This document shows, piece after piece, positions 1-9,030 of a DNA stretch of 30,593 nucleotides (within the stretch, counting starts at the first letter, position 1; every line of letters begins with the position of its first letter). The notes beneath the pieces were generated by a model that saw only the letters and a list, made by a program, of their open reading frames with translations, was not told the origin of the DNA and searched no databases. The translations under genes and the position numbers were made by a program. Source of the DNA: a virus (Duplodnaviria; Caudoviricetes); IMG/VR virus record IMGVR_UViG_3300031519_000143, positions 1 through 30,593 of that record, one strand, 5' to 3'.

Positions 1-127
1 CGCCAACATTAAAAGAATCATCATAAGGAATTGGATTTCCTGAACCTGCATCCACGTGCGTATCCCTTGTTCTATCATCAAATGAAGATATCCATTCTTT
101 CATCATTTGCGTGCCCGGAAATATTGT
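1..127. repeat. Terminal 127-bp direct repeat, copy 1 (circularity signature)
   Basis: Identical to 30467-30593; lies inside a gene that reads through the junction. Confidence 0.95.
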
Positions 128-679
128 CTTAGCCGATTCCATAGTTCCAAAATTAGCGGCGTTTGTCGCCTCTGTACGAACTAAACGTTCCGATTGATAT
201 TGTGAATATTTATTAAATTGACTTTTTAATATACGTGCTTTTTCAACATTACCTAAAATCATAAATTCAGGATCTCGAAATAATTGTTGCGTTATTTTTA
301 TCAAAGTTTCTTTTGCAGTTCCGGCGACTAAAGTAACCCTTTGCGCACCCACCGCCGAACCGAACGCCGCAAATTTATTAGTCCATTGATCGACATATTC
401 CGCAGGGTTTACGCCCTTTTTTATGTAAGTATCATAGTTTTTTGAATACCATTTTGCAAATCGCAATCCAATATCCAAATATAAATCTCTATAAATATCT
501 TGTAAATCTTTACTATCAAATAAAAGTTGATTATTTGTTTGGCCTTCAGCTAAAAAAGAATTTACGCCTTTTTCATATTCGGTTTTATAATAATTTTTAA
601 CCTTTGATAATTGGCGCTTTTCTGCTTTGTCTAATTCTTTTTCAAAATCACTTTGCCATTTATTTCGATCTATCTTCAT
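1..679 (-). CDS. Head morphogenesis/minor capsid protein (Mu gpF/SPP1 gp7-like), 5' part; continues at 30466..30249 (~298 aa total)
   Basis: Manual translation from ATG at 679 (MKIDRNKWQSDFEKELDK...SERLVRTEATNAAN...) is open and in frame with MMKEWISSFDDRTRDTH; lies between portal and protease. Confidence 0.85.
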   Translation of the reverse strand, partial: MKIDRNKWQSDFEKELDKAEKRQLSKVKNYYKTEYEKGVNSFLAEGQTNNQLLFDSKDLQDIYRDLYLDIGLRFAKWYSKNYDTYIKKGVNPAEYVDQWTNKFAAFGSAVGAQRVTLVAGTAKETLIKITQQLFRDPEFMILGNVEKARILKSQFNKYSQYQSERLVRTEATNAANFGTMESAKTIFPGTQMMKEWISSFDDRTRDTHVDAGSGNPIPYDDSFNVG

Positions 680-2111
680 AAGTTGCAACCTTAATTCCTT
701 TTAATTCTTGTTTAGGTTTTTCAGTTTGTTTTAAAAACTTTGATACGTCAATATCAACCGGATCAATATTTCCATCAACTTTATTTGCATTAACCGGAAT
801 TAAATTTGCCGGAATGAAGTAATCGTTTAGTACTTCATTTTCTTCATCCACTCCGTAAGACATTACAGAACGCTTTTCGTTTGGCGTTAACCACCACGCT
901 TTTAATAATTGATCGACCACCTTATCCGCTTCTTCTTGCAATTCAGGGATAACAGTAAAATCAAATTCAATACAAAGGTTTTTCCCAAACCTCGGCGTTA
1001 ACCATCTGTTTAATTCATCTTTTATTTTTAGCAATTCAGGAATAACAGCGTTTTGATAAAGTGCTTTTTTAGCCTCGCGCATATTATTGTAAGAACTAGA
1101 ATCGGTATTATTTAATAATTGTACCGGTACATTATAAATATTACATAAATCTTTTACAGACGCATTGTATTGCTCAATTAGAGAAATATCCGAAGCATTT
1201 AAACCAAAGTTAACCCACGATAATTTTTTCGGTGTGATAATAACATCACCGGCATTGCTTGAACCTGAATGATTCTTTTTAAATTTATCTTTTAATTGTT
1301 GCGCTTGTACTTCGTTTAAATCGCCCTCTTCAGACATTAAGACACCCCTTGCTGTTTGATTTTGTAAATATTTTACCCCGGTCGTAACCGCTTCATTGTT
1401 TGTTGTTAATGTTCGCATTCCTGCACGTAACGGCGACTGTCCATAAAGATGCGCACCCGTTCCATCATAATTTGGGTTAAAATCTCTTATATGGCATATT
1501 TCCGAAGCCGGAACCTCAAACGTTCCATTATAATTTACTTTATAAGACTTGACCGGATCCATAATCCCGCCGCTAATTATTTCCATAACCTGCGAAGGCA
1601 TTACATACATTTCAGTAAATTTACCAACCTTTGGCCCGCTATCGGGCCCTAATCCATAAATATACCGGTTACCCGTTAATTTACCGAATGCAATTATTTC
1701 AGTAATCCAAGAGTTATAAGATTGGCCCGGGTTTGGGCGCTCTAATAAATCGTGCAATTCTGTATTTTCTAATTCAACTAATGATTTCTTTTGTAATAGT
1801 GCCGCTTTGTTTATTGTAGTACTGTCAATTGTGCCACTTGTTAACGCCTTAAATCTTTTATAATTATTTTTATCTTTAATTTCGTAAACCTGAAATGGAA
1901 TTGTTGTTGCCGCCTTTGTTATTAAATTAATTAGAGAGTAAACCGTTGAATTTTTTTGATAACCTTGACTTATATAAGCATCATCGTTTTCGTTGTTCCA
2001 TACAATCGATTCACCTAAATAGTTATAAATTGCTTTGTTGTAATTTAAAGCCGTTTTTTGTGAATTCTTTTTACTTATTACCGATTTTAATCTGTCTACA
2101 AATGAAGCCAT
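660..2111 (-). CDS. Portal protein (HK97 family)
   Basis: 483 aa directly after TerL; motifs GNRY, EICHIRDFNP..LYGQSPL, YNVPVQLL...SSYNN, LTPNEKR. Confidence 0.93.
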   Translation of the reverse strand: MASFVDRLKSVISKKNSQKTALNYNKAIYNYLGESIVWNNENDDAYISQGYQKNSTVYSLINLITKAATTIPFQVYEIKDKNNYKRFKALTSGTIDSTTINKAALLQKKSLVELENTELHDLLERPNPGQSYNSWITEIIAFGKLTGNRYIYGLGPDSGPKVGKFTEMYVMPSQVMEIISGGIMDPVKSYKVNYNGTFEVPASEICHIRDFNPNYDGTGAHLYGQSPLRAGMRTLTTNNEAVTTGVKYLQNQTARGVLMSEEGDLNEVQAQQLKDKFKKNHSGSSNAGDVIITPKKLSWVNFGLNASDISLIEQYNASVKDLCNIYNVPVQLLNNTDSSSYNNMREAKKALYQNAVIPELLKIKDELNRWLTPRFGKNLCIEFDFTVIPELQEEADKVVDQLLKAWWLTPNEKRSVMSYGVDEENEVLNDYFIPANLIPVNANKVDGNIDPVDIDVSKFLKQTEKPKQELKGIKVATYEDRSK

Positions 2112-2127
2112 ATTTTATCTAATCTGA

Positions 2128-2143
2128 AATTTTGGTAAAAATA
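2128..2143 (-). promoter_or_regulatory. Putative late promoter (TATTTTTACCAAAATT)
   Basis: Variant of the TAnnTTTA-CAAAAAAT motif seen before other structural genes. Confidence 0.45.
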
Positions 2144-2160
2144 CAAAATTAATAATTGTT

Positions 2161-3519
2161 TTATACGATGAAAAAATTGTTGATTAAGTTCCTTTCAATA
2201 GCGTATGCCGTTACATCAATATGTTCATCGTGTTTTGCATTTGGAAACGTGCTTACTTGCTGTAAAAAGGCTTCATTCCATTTATCCTTTACTAAAAAAA
2301 CACGTCCGCCTTCTATAAATGGCGAAGATGCTCGGGCCCTTTCTATTTTTGAGTACCTTACAAAGTTAGTTTTTAATTCGGATACATTAAAATTTGTTTC
2401 ACGCCTTAATAGTTGCACTAATGATTTACCGGACGCCTTCGGCTCGACTAATATTTGCGTTACATTAACACCGCAGGACTTAACAAAGTTACCTATAAAA
2501 GATTTTAATTCAGGCATTTCTAAATATTTATCAATGCTTTTATAAATGTAAAGATTATCACCACTTTTACCGCTGATTTGTATTCCGGTTGGATCATTCT
2601 TTGTGTCTTTTGTATAGGCGCCATCAATATACATTTCCCAAACGATATCGCCCGGTAATTCCGCCTTATTAATAACATTAAACCAACCTTTACGCCACTC
2701 GCCACCCTCGGGAGGTGTGGGCAATTGCAAATATTGCCCCGAAAACGTGTATCGATCCGCTTGCCTGATCGCTTCTAATTCTTTAAAAGTATGTTTTTCG
2801 GGCCATAAAGGAACATTTTCTTCATCCAATGCTGACAATTTTAAATGATGCCATTCTTCACCGGATCCGCCATCTAATAAATAACCGCTAAGATCTTCCT
2901 CGTGCAATCGCTGCATAATTATAATAATAGGAACGTCCCTGCTGTTAACTCTTGACCTAATTGTCGTATTGTATCGGTTATTAATAAAACTCCTTCTAAC
3001 GTCGGATAAAGCATCGTCAGGCTTCAATGGATCATCTATGATAATAGCGCCACCACTACCGGCGCCAAATCCCGTAATTGCACCACCTGAAGCCGTAGCA
3101 TAAACACCACCGCCCTCGGTTGTGTACCATTTCTTTTGGCTTTGTGAATCTTTTTTCAATTCTATATTCCAAACACGATTGAAAGCATCTGAATTAATAT
3201 ATTCTTTTGTAGCCGAACTATTGTCCAAGGCTAAAGCATCTGAATAAGATAAATGAATAAATTTTGAAGAGGGCCTTTTAGCCAAAGTCCAAGCGATAAA
3301 CATTTTTACCGCGAGTTCTGTTTTGCCATACCTCGGCGGTATGTTAATAATTAAGCGCTTTATTTCGCCACTATCAACGCGCTCTAAGGTATTAACTAAA
3401 TTTTTATGAAAGTCAGCAACAATAAATTTCTTACCGGTATTCTCTTTGAAGATGTAGCGGGTAAAAAATAATAAAGAATTTTCGCATTTATCTTTTATGA
3501 TTTGATTAATATTCATCAT
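2161..3519 (-). CDS. terL: Terminase large subunit
   Basis: Walker A NIPPRYGKT, Walker B IIIDDP, IIMQRLHEEDL, C-terminal nuclease FPNAKHDEHID. Confidence 0.95.
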   Translation of the reverse strand: MMNINQIIKDKCENSLLFFTRYIFKENTGKKFIVADFHKNLVNTLERVDSGEIKRLIINIPPRYGKTELAVKMFIAWTLAKRPSSKFIHLSYSDALALDNSSATKEYINSDAFNRVWNIELKKDSQSQKKWYTTEGGGVYATASGGAITGFGAGSGGAIIIDDPLKPDDALSDVRRSFINNRYNTTIRSRVNSRDVPIIIIMQRLHEEDLSGYLLDGGSGEEWHHLKLSALDEENVPLWPEKHTFKELEAIRQADRYTFSGQYLQLPTPPEGGEWRKGWFNVINKAELPGDIVWEMYIDGAYTKDTKNDPTGIQISGKSGDNLYIYKSIDKYLEMPELKSFIGNFVKSCGVNVTQILVEPKASGKSLVQLLRRETNFNVSELKTNFVRYSKIERARASSPFIEGGRVFLVKDKWNEAFLQQVSTFPNAKHDEHIDVTAYAIERNLINNFFIV

Positions 3520-3880
3520 TTAAAATATTATCTATTTTCTTTTGTGCCTCTGAAGATAATTTTGTTGTTGATACTTCGGCGGTCATTTCAACTTCACGCC
3601 TTTCGATATAACCTCTTTTTTTGCCTTTTGTTTTTAAATAGAATATTGTAGCCGTTGTGTTCCCATCTTTTATTTGTTTGTGCAATTGAGATTCTGCAAA
3701 ATCTAAAGTTATATTTTGTATATCATCAACCTGATCTTTGAATTCCGGATCACGTGAATAATGCCCGTAAAAAGTAGATCTATTACAACCAACTATTTTG
3801 CAAGCCGTAGTTATAATTCCAAGCGATTGTTCTAATGCTTCTAAAAGATTCTTTTTTAATATGTTTGTTTTTGCTGCCAT
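3506..3880 (-). CDS. terS: Terminase small subunit
   Basis: N-terminal HTH (GIITTACKIVGCNRSTFY), GNTTATIFYLKTKGKKRGY; overlaps terL start. Confidence 0.85.
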   Translation of the reverse strand: MAAKTNILKKNLLEALEQSLGIITTACKIVGCNRSTFYGHYSRDPEFKDQVDDIQNITLDFAESQLHKQIKDGNTTATIFYLKTKGKKRGYIERREVEMTAEVSTTKLSSEAQKKIDNILNDEY

Positions 3881-3884
3881 AATA

Positions 3885-3892
3885 CAAAGTTA
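3885..3892 (-). promoter_or_regulatory. Bacteroidota -7 promoter box TAACTTTG
   Basis: Matches TAnnTTTG, 4 nt before the terS ATG and just after a terminator. Confidence 0.55.
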
Positions 3893-3909
3893 AATAAATA
3901 AAAGGAAAT

Positions 3910-3937
3910 AAAAAAACCCTTGATCCAACAAGGGTTT
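3910..3937 (-). terminator. Intrinsic terminator
   Basis: AAACCCTTG-TTGGAT-CAAGGGTTT stem followed by U-run. Confidence 0.8.
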
Positions 3938-3940
3938 GAG

Positions 3941-4042
3941 TTATTTTAAAGAAGGTAATAACAGAAAATAAAACGCCGCTAATATTAATATCATTATTGA
4001 AATTATTAGACAAGTTTTACAAAACTCTTTTAATGTTTTCAT
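3941..4042 (-). CDS. 33-aa hydrophobic membrane peptide (not in ORF track)
   Basis: MKTLKEFCKTCLIISIMILILAAFYFLLLPSLK*; A-rich leader; stop immediately before terminator. Confidence 0.6.
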   Translation of the reverse strand: MKTLKEFCKTCLIISIMILILAAFYFLLLPSLK

Positions 4043-4049
4043 ATTGTTT

Positions 4050-4349
4050 TTAATTAATTACTTCGGTATATGTTATGGTTTTTTTATAGCTTACAACATC
4101 TGCATCAGGTTCTATTTCTTTTATAATACCTAATACATAATCCACGCAATCGGTTGTATGCCTTATTTCTATCTTAGAAAAACCTTTTAATGTTTTTGTA
4201 AAACACACATTGTAGTATTTATCTTCAAAATTAAAAGTTGATATTGATTCATATATTTCAAAATAAGAATTATTATCCGCCTTATATCCAAAATCTTTAC
4301 AGTTTGTTTTTTCTTTAAACTCTTTTATTATTTGTTCTAAATCCTTCAT
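4050..4349 (-). CDS. Hypothetical protein
   Basis: 99-aa ORF, ATG with A-rich leader, in accessory cassette. Confidence 0.7.
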   Translation of the reverse strand: MKDLEQIIKEFKEKTNCKDFGYKADNNSYFEIYESISTFNFEDKYYNVCFTKTLKGFSKIEIRHTTDCVDYVLGIIKEIEPDADVVSYKKTITYTEVIN

Positions 4350-4368
4350 AGTGTTTTTTTATTTGTTT

Positions 4369-4437
4369 AAAAAGTGATGCGGCCGGACTTTACTAACCAA
4401 CGACGATTTTATTAAAAGTTAACCGCACCGACTTTTT
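4369..4437 (-). other. Long imperfect RNA hairpin in leader of ORF 4349
   Basis: AAAAAGU/ACUUUUU and GGUGCGGUU/GGCCGCAUC pair; G-U wobbles work only on the minus strand. Confidence 0.5.
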
Positions 4438-4439
4438 TT

Positions 4440-4470
4440 AATGGGGTTTTTACACCCCGTTGTTTTTTTT
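4440..4470 (+). terminator. Terminator-like hairpin oriented on + strand
   Basis: AATGGGGT-TTTTAC-ACCCCGTT then GTTTTTTTT; U-tract present only on +. Confidence 0.45.
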
Positions 4471-4471
4471 A

Positions 4472-4768
4472 TTAGATTAATACTACTTTTTGTTTTGGAG
4501 ATATTTCACAAATACCATCAATACCTTCTAAAGTTATTTCGATATGCTTTTCTGCAACCGTTTTATGTTGTGTTCTGTGTGCTCCGGTGGTTATAACCTC
4601 TGATACTGTTAAAACTTTATATGATGGCGAAGATTTTAGTATACTGTGCGTTGCTATTGAGTTTGTACAAGATGCAGGATAATGCATTGCAAATTTTTCA
4701 GAAATAGTAAATACTTCTCTAACCTTTATTGTCATTCCTTTCTCAATTTGTGTTGCTGCAATTTTCAT
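4472..4768 (-). CDS. Hypothetical protein
   Basis: 98-aa ORF directly downstream of a clear promoter. Confidence 0.75.
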   Translation of the reverse strand: MKIAATQIEKGMTIKVREVFTISEKFAMHYPASCTNSIATHSILKSSPSYKVLTVSEVITTGAHRTQHKTVAEKHIEITLEGIDGICEISPKQKVVLI

Positions 4769-4791
4769 AATATATTTGTTTTTGTTCTCTG

Positions 4792-4818
4792 CAAATATAA
4801 AAGAATTCTTTTAATTAC
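4792..4818 (-). promoter_or_regulatory. Promoter with palindromic operator, copy 1
   Basis: GTAATTAAAAGAATTCTTTTATATTTG: -7 box TATATTTG plus perfect 16-bp palindrome TAAAAGAATTCTTTTA (4798-4813). Confidence 0.75.
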
Positions 4819-4863
4819 ACACTATAAATGAAAAAAAATTTTACTTTTATTTAATATTTCTTT

Positions 4864-5307
4864 TTAACGGCCGCACATATCGCAAACGGTTTTTTCGCCA
4901 TCTTCAAGATCTTCATTGTTTTCACTATCATCATCCGGTAAATCAAACACCGGTAAATCAACCCCCCACTCAACCAATTGTTTAACATCCCATTCATTCG
5001 CTAAAATATCCCAATCCCACTCGCCAAACCCTGAATTGTCTTTAATTATAAATTCACGTTTTTGCGCTTCAGTCAATCCGGTTTCTATATGAATAGGTAT
5101 TTCAAACAACCCGGCCGATTTACACGCTTTTAATCGCATATTTCCGCCTAATATTGTCATTGTTTCATCTACTACAATAGGACGTATTTTGAGCATCCAA
5201 GGCGCTTTTTTTATAGATTCAACTAATAGTTTAAATTTAGGATCTTTTATAAACCTTGGATTGTTTTTTGTTTCTTTTATTTCTGCAATATTTACAACTT
5301 TTATCAT
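4864..5307 (-). CDS. ParB/Srx N-terminal domain protein
   Basis: NNPRFI, RPIVVD...ILGGNMRLKA, IIKDN..GEWDWDIL; acidic tail with CxxC. Confidence 0.85.
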   Translation of the reverse strand: MIKVVNIAEIKETKNNPRFIKDPKFKLLVESIKKAPWMLKIRPIVVDETMTILGGNMRLKACKSAGLFEIPIHIETGLTEAQKREFIIKDNSGFGEWDWDILANEWDVKQLVEWGVDLPVFDLPDDDSENNEDLEDGEKTVCDMCGR

Positions 5308-5331
5308 TAAAATAATTATATAATTATAACA

Positions 5332-5571
5332 TTAGACCTCCCAATATTTTCTATAAATATACAAATATAGTTCCCAACATTTGTCGCAGGCATCGGTATT
5401 GGTATAAATAATAGGCGAACAAATTATCTTATTATTGTCGTTTATTTCAACTTTCAAACCTTTTGTTGTTGGTTTTACATAAACTTTTATATTGTTCTTT
5501 AAACACCATTGCATCGCCTTGTAATGCTGTTCACTTACTTTTTTATATTTTATTATTTTTTTCTTTGCCAT
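5332..5571 (-). CDS. Hypothetical protein
   Basis: 79 aa; TAATG coupling to primase-helicase stop. Confidence 0.75.
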   Translation of the reverse strand: MAKKKIIKYKKVSEQHYKAMQWCLKNNIKVYVKPTTKGLKVEINDNNKIICSPIIYTNTDACDKCWELYLYIYRKYWEV

Positions 5572-7244
5572 TAAAAAGGAACTTTATCATTTTTTATAAT
5601 ATTTTTATTATAATCAATACTAATATCTTTATAAATACCGCCACAATTAAAATCAGGTGCAATTTCAAATTCACCCAATTGACCGTTTTCTTTTCGCTTA
5701 ACTTTTTCAACATACATCTTAACAACATCCGAATCATATTTTGTTTTTTGGCCAATACATCTAAATACAATCATACCGTTATATGCTTTGTTAAAGAAAT
5801 CAGCACTTCCGGAAATATCATAAAGGGTTGGTTTTTTATAATTACCGTTTTCACTTTCTATTTTTCTTGGGTGGGCCACTAAGAATAAGTGAACGTTTGT
5901 TTGTTGGCAAAATTGCGTAATTAATGAAAGCGCTTTACCTATGTAAGAATGATCTTTTTGGGCCGAATGATCTAACATATTCCAAGGATCAATTACAACT
6001 AAATTAATACCTTTTTGAAACACTAATTCCCGAAAGGCGTTTAAAATTCCTTCTAAAGATAAATTTTCTAGGTCTATTTTAATCCAAAAAAAATGGTCTT
6101 CAATAAAATCTTTTGTATTGTTTAGATCTGTATTATCGCAATTCTTTTCGTTTAATTTATTAGCTATTCTTTTAATATGCCCTTCATACGGAAATGATTC
6201 CGGCGCAAACATAGCGCAGCGCATATCGTAATTAACCGCCATATTGCAGCATATTTGATCCACTACGTCAGATTTTCCCGAATTAGGTATTCCGGTTACA
6301 ACTGTCCACTCACCAAAAGCTAAACGGAAATAATCGTCAGAATTAGGCAATCCAATAGAATAATTTTTAACACCGTTTTCGTTATAATTTAGAACATTTT
6401 GCCAAATATCATCTATATTTAAAACGCCTTCTAAAGGAAAGTTTTTGCTGTCCTGAATATAATCCCTTAATGCTTGGCTACCTTTTTCAATTAATACTTC
6501 ATTAGCATCCTTGTAATTGCCAAATTCGACATATTTACATCGGTACGCTCCAAACCTTCGGGCTAATTCATTTCGTAATTCTAAACCGGCTTCGTCGTTA
6601 TCAGTACATAAAATTATTTTTTTCTTTGTTTCAAAGTATGAAAAACAATTATCTAAATATTCCAAACGGGCATTTCCTTTTGATGCTCCATTTGGCACGC
6701 TACAAACTGAATAGATTCCGCATTCGTGCAAACTTAATGCATCAAGTTCACCTTCAACAATATAAACAGTGTCCATTTCTTTTATGTTGTCTAGTCCGTA
6801 GAAAACAAGTTCAGCACCGGAAACCATTTTGAAATTTTTTTCAGCATCCCTAAACTTTACGTTAACCAATTCCTTTTCCCGGTAATAATTAAAATTTACG
6901 GCCCTTCTTTCTTGCCCGACTTGCGGAAAGTATTCTTTCGATTCGCCAATTTTCCAATGGAGCAAAGTTGATTCAGATATTTTACGGGAATTAAACCATT
7001 TAATTAATTCGGCACTCAAATTAAGTTCTATTTTTCTAGGCTTTACAAATTCCGCTTTTTTCTGAAATTTTGTTGTGCCACTATAGCCGCAATTATGGCA
7101 ATTAAATAATCCTTTGTCAATATCAACGCTCAAAGATTTATCTCGTTTATTTTTACGTGATTCGCTACATTTTGGGCATTTTGTTTTTGTTTTACCGGCG
7201 TTTTTATTACCTAGATCAATATTAAAATCGTTAAAAGTTTTCAT
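5571..7244 (-). CDS. Primase-helicase (T7 gp4/Twinkle-like)
   Basis: Zn ribbon CPKC...CHNC, TOPRIM IVEGELDALS and DND, Walker A GIPNSGKS, VVIDPWN, LVAHPRK, ISGSADF. Confidence 0.93.
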   Translation of the reverse strand: MKTFNDFNIDLGNKNAGKTKTKCPKCSESRKNKRDKSLSVDIDKGLFNCHNCGYSGTTKFQKKAEFVKPRKIELNLSAELIKWFNSRKISESTLLHWKIGESKEYFPQVGQERRAVNFNYYREKELVNVKFRDAEKNFKMVSGAELVFYGLDNIKEMDTVYIVEGELDALSLHECGIYSVCSVPNGASKGNARLEYLDNCFSYFETKKKIILCTDNDEAGLELRNELARRFGAYRCKYVEFGNYKDANEVLIEKGSQALRDYIQDSKNFPLEGVLNIDDIWQNVLNYNENGVKNYSIGLPNSDDYFRLAFGEWTVVTGIPNSGKSDVVDQICCNMAVNYDMRCAMFAPESFPYEGHIKRIANKLNEKNCDNTDLNNTKDFIEDHFFWIKIDLENLSLEGILNAFRELVFQKGINLVVIDPWNMLDHSAQKDHSYIGKALSLITQFCQQTNVHLFLVAHPRKIESENGNYKKPTLYDISGSADFFNKAYNGMIVFRCIGQKTKYDSDVVKMYVEKVKRKENGQLGEFEIAPDFNCGGIYKDISIDYNKNIIKNDKVPF

Positions 7245-7265
7245 TTTTGTTTTGTTTTGTTTCGG

Positions 7266-7292
7266 CTAAAGTAAAAGAATTTTTTTAATTAC
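7266..7292 (-). promoter_or_regulatory. Promoter with operator, copy 2
   Basis: GTAATTAAAAAAATTCTTTTACTTTAG, same spacing as copy 1, before primase-helicase. Confidence 0.7.
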
Positions 7293-7301
7293 AAGATGTT
7301 T

Positions 7302-7649
7302 TTATAAAATATCTTCAAACATTACGATGCCTTTTTTTCTTACTAATTCAATATTTTCTATAAATTTATTGACAAATCCACTTAGCAATATATTATCCGC
7401 CTCGCTTAAACCGGCCATTTGTTTAATCATTCGATCTTTTTTCTTTGTTGCATTATGTAAAAAATGTTCGTTGTTATCAGACAAATGATCAATTGAATTA
7501 TTGACACTTTTTTCTAAAGCATTTTTAAATAAATTAGCTTTGTTTTTTACCGGGCCTTTCATTTTATAATCATCCATTGTTGCCAATATAAGATCTAAAA
7601 GAAGTAATAATTCTAATCCGCTTTTTAAGTTTTTGTTTTGTTCCTGCAT
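7302..7649 (-). CDS. Hypothetical helical protein
   Basis: 115-aa ORF in operon context. Confidence 0.75.
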   Translation of the reverse strand: MQEQNKNLKSGLELLLLLDLILATMDDYKMKGPVKNKANLFKNALEKSVNNSIDHLSDNNEHFLHNATKKKDRMIKQMAGLSEADNILLSGFVNKFIENIELVRKKGIVMFEDIL

Positions 7650-7658
7650 TTTGTTTTT

Positions 7659-8084
7659 TTAATATTTAATAAATTTAATTTTGTTTTTAATACCGTTGAA
7701 TTCTTTTTCGAAATACGCCATTAATTCAATATCATTCGAAGATCCATTTCGAGGTTTACGCCCGCCAATTCTTAATTCCCCTTTTAAATCTTTTACTTCA
7801 GCGAAAATAATACCATCATAACACGCCCAAACAACAATTGGATTTATTTTTTTATCTATTAATTTGATTAACTTTTTAACAGAAATTGGCAAGGGAAATG
7901 CATTTGCCATATTTCTTAATCTTCCTTTAACTTCTACAAAACCCAATAGCTTGTTTTTACTGTCATATATTTTAAAATCTATATCATTACACCCTAACTT
8001 ATCAAAAGTACCGTTAAAGGGTTTTAAAAAGGCTTCTATAGCCTTGTTTTCTCTTTCAATATCTTTTTCTTTTTCAAATCTCAT
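7659..8084 (-). CDS. PD-(D/E)XK nuclease-like protein
   Basis: E...DIDFKI...GFVEVKGR catalytic pattern. Confidence 0.65.
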   Translation of the reverse strand: MRFEKEKDIERENKAIEAFLKPFNGTFDKLGCNDIDFKIYDSKNKLLGFVEVKGRLRNMANAFPLPISVKKLIKLIDKKINPIVVWACYDGIIFAEVKDLKGELRIGGRKPRNGSSNDIELMAYFEKEFNGIKNKIKFIKY

Positions 8085-9016
8085 TATTTATTAGTTTTTA
8101 CGTAATCTTTTAATTCGTTAAATTCATCTGTTTGCATTAATTGTTTAATATGGAATTCGAACAATTGGCCCGCCTTTGTTTTTGCGCCTAATTCTTTTAC
8201 TCCATCTGAAGGATTGTTGTAAATAAAATAATTGATTAATCCTTTTACTTTTGAATATCCAACGGGTTTTGATTTTGCCTTTTGATTTAACATAAACCGG
8301 TCAATGTATTTAATACCGTTTTTATCTAAGTTTCTAAATTTTAAAATTGTTAAAAAATTTGTTTGCCAAAAATCATCGCTTCTTAATTCCTTAGTTACTT
8401 CATAAACTTTATGTAAATCGTATTTATCAATCCTTTGAATTTTATCTAAACAATCCAACCATTTGTTTTTTTGGTTTTCGCCTTTTGGTTTATACTGAAT
8501 AGGAAATAATTCTACAAAATGCGGAAATGCCTTTAATGTTATTTCATTGTATGGAGGCGTTTTTGATTTTGTGGCACTTCGTACATTAGTATTTCTTTTA
8601 TTAGTTATTACATTAGTGTTTATAGTATTACTTTGTTGCGGATTAACCGGGCCCGGTTTTACCGCCGCGGTTTTACCGCCGCGGTTTTTGCCGCTCCGGT
8701 GAGTTTCCTTGCTATTGCTAGGTTCTTCATTTAAAAAATAGTTGTATCCTGCAAATTTACCTTCATTTCTTAACTCCTTACGTACTAAAAACCCTTTGTC
8801 TATTAGTTCTTTCAGTCTTTTGTTAATGGCATCTTTACCATCTTTAAAATGCCCACAAATAAATTGAACGGTCATTTCTGTTTTTGCATCGTGTGAAAAA
8901 AGCCAACAATATAAACCGGTAGCACTTGCCGAAATATCTTTGTGTCGGAATATGCTGTTCGGTACAATTGTAAAGAAATTAAATTTTGAAGGCTTGTAAA
9001 TTTTGTTTATTTCCAT
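8084..9016 (-). CDS. Replication initiator (lambda O/replisome organizer-like)
   Basis: N-terminal winged HTH (FTIVPNSIF..IS..ATGLY..L...LKELIDKGFL); linker carries iteron repeats. Confidence 0.8.
   Translation of the reverse strand: MEINKIYKPSKFNFFTIVPNSIFRHKDISASATGLYCWLFSHDAKTEMTVQFICGHFKDGKDAINKRLKELIDKGFLVRKELRNEGKFAGYNYFLNEEPSNSKETHRSGKNRGGKTAAVKPGPVNPQQSNTINTNVITNKRNTNVRSATKSKTPPYNEITLKAFPHFVELFPIQYKPKGENQKNKWLDCLDKIQRIDKYDLHKVYEVTKELRSDDFWQTNFLTILKFRNLDKNGIKYIDRFMLNQKAKSKPVGYSKVKGLINYFIYNNPSDGVKELGAKTKAGQLFEFHIKQLMQTDEFNELKDYVKTNK
8581..8700. repeat. Probable replication origin: four 14-15-bp iterons plus AT-rich tract
   Basis: ttaaccgggcccgg / ttttaccgccgcgg x2 / tttttgccgctccgg at 8643-8699 (core CCG-N3-4-CGG dyad); AT-rich 8583-8630. 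Confidence 0.75.
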
Positions 9017-9030
9017 AATAAAAAAGAATT

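Noticed and set aside
2520-2705. 61-aa minus-strand ORF
   Set aside because: Out-of-frame ORF nested inside terL, with no supporting signals
3783-4013. 76-aa minus-strand ORF
   Set aside because: Crosses a terminator and promoter and overlaps terS; the 33-aa ORF fits better
4864-5307. ParB as evidence of a plasmid-prophage partition system
   Set aside because: N-terminal domain only, with no ParA, HTH or parS array; typical terminase-adjacent phage type
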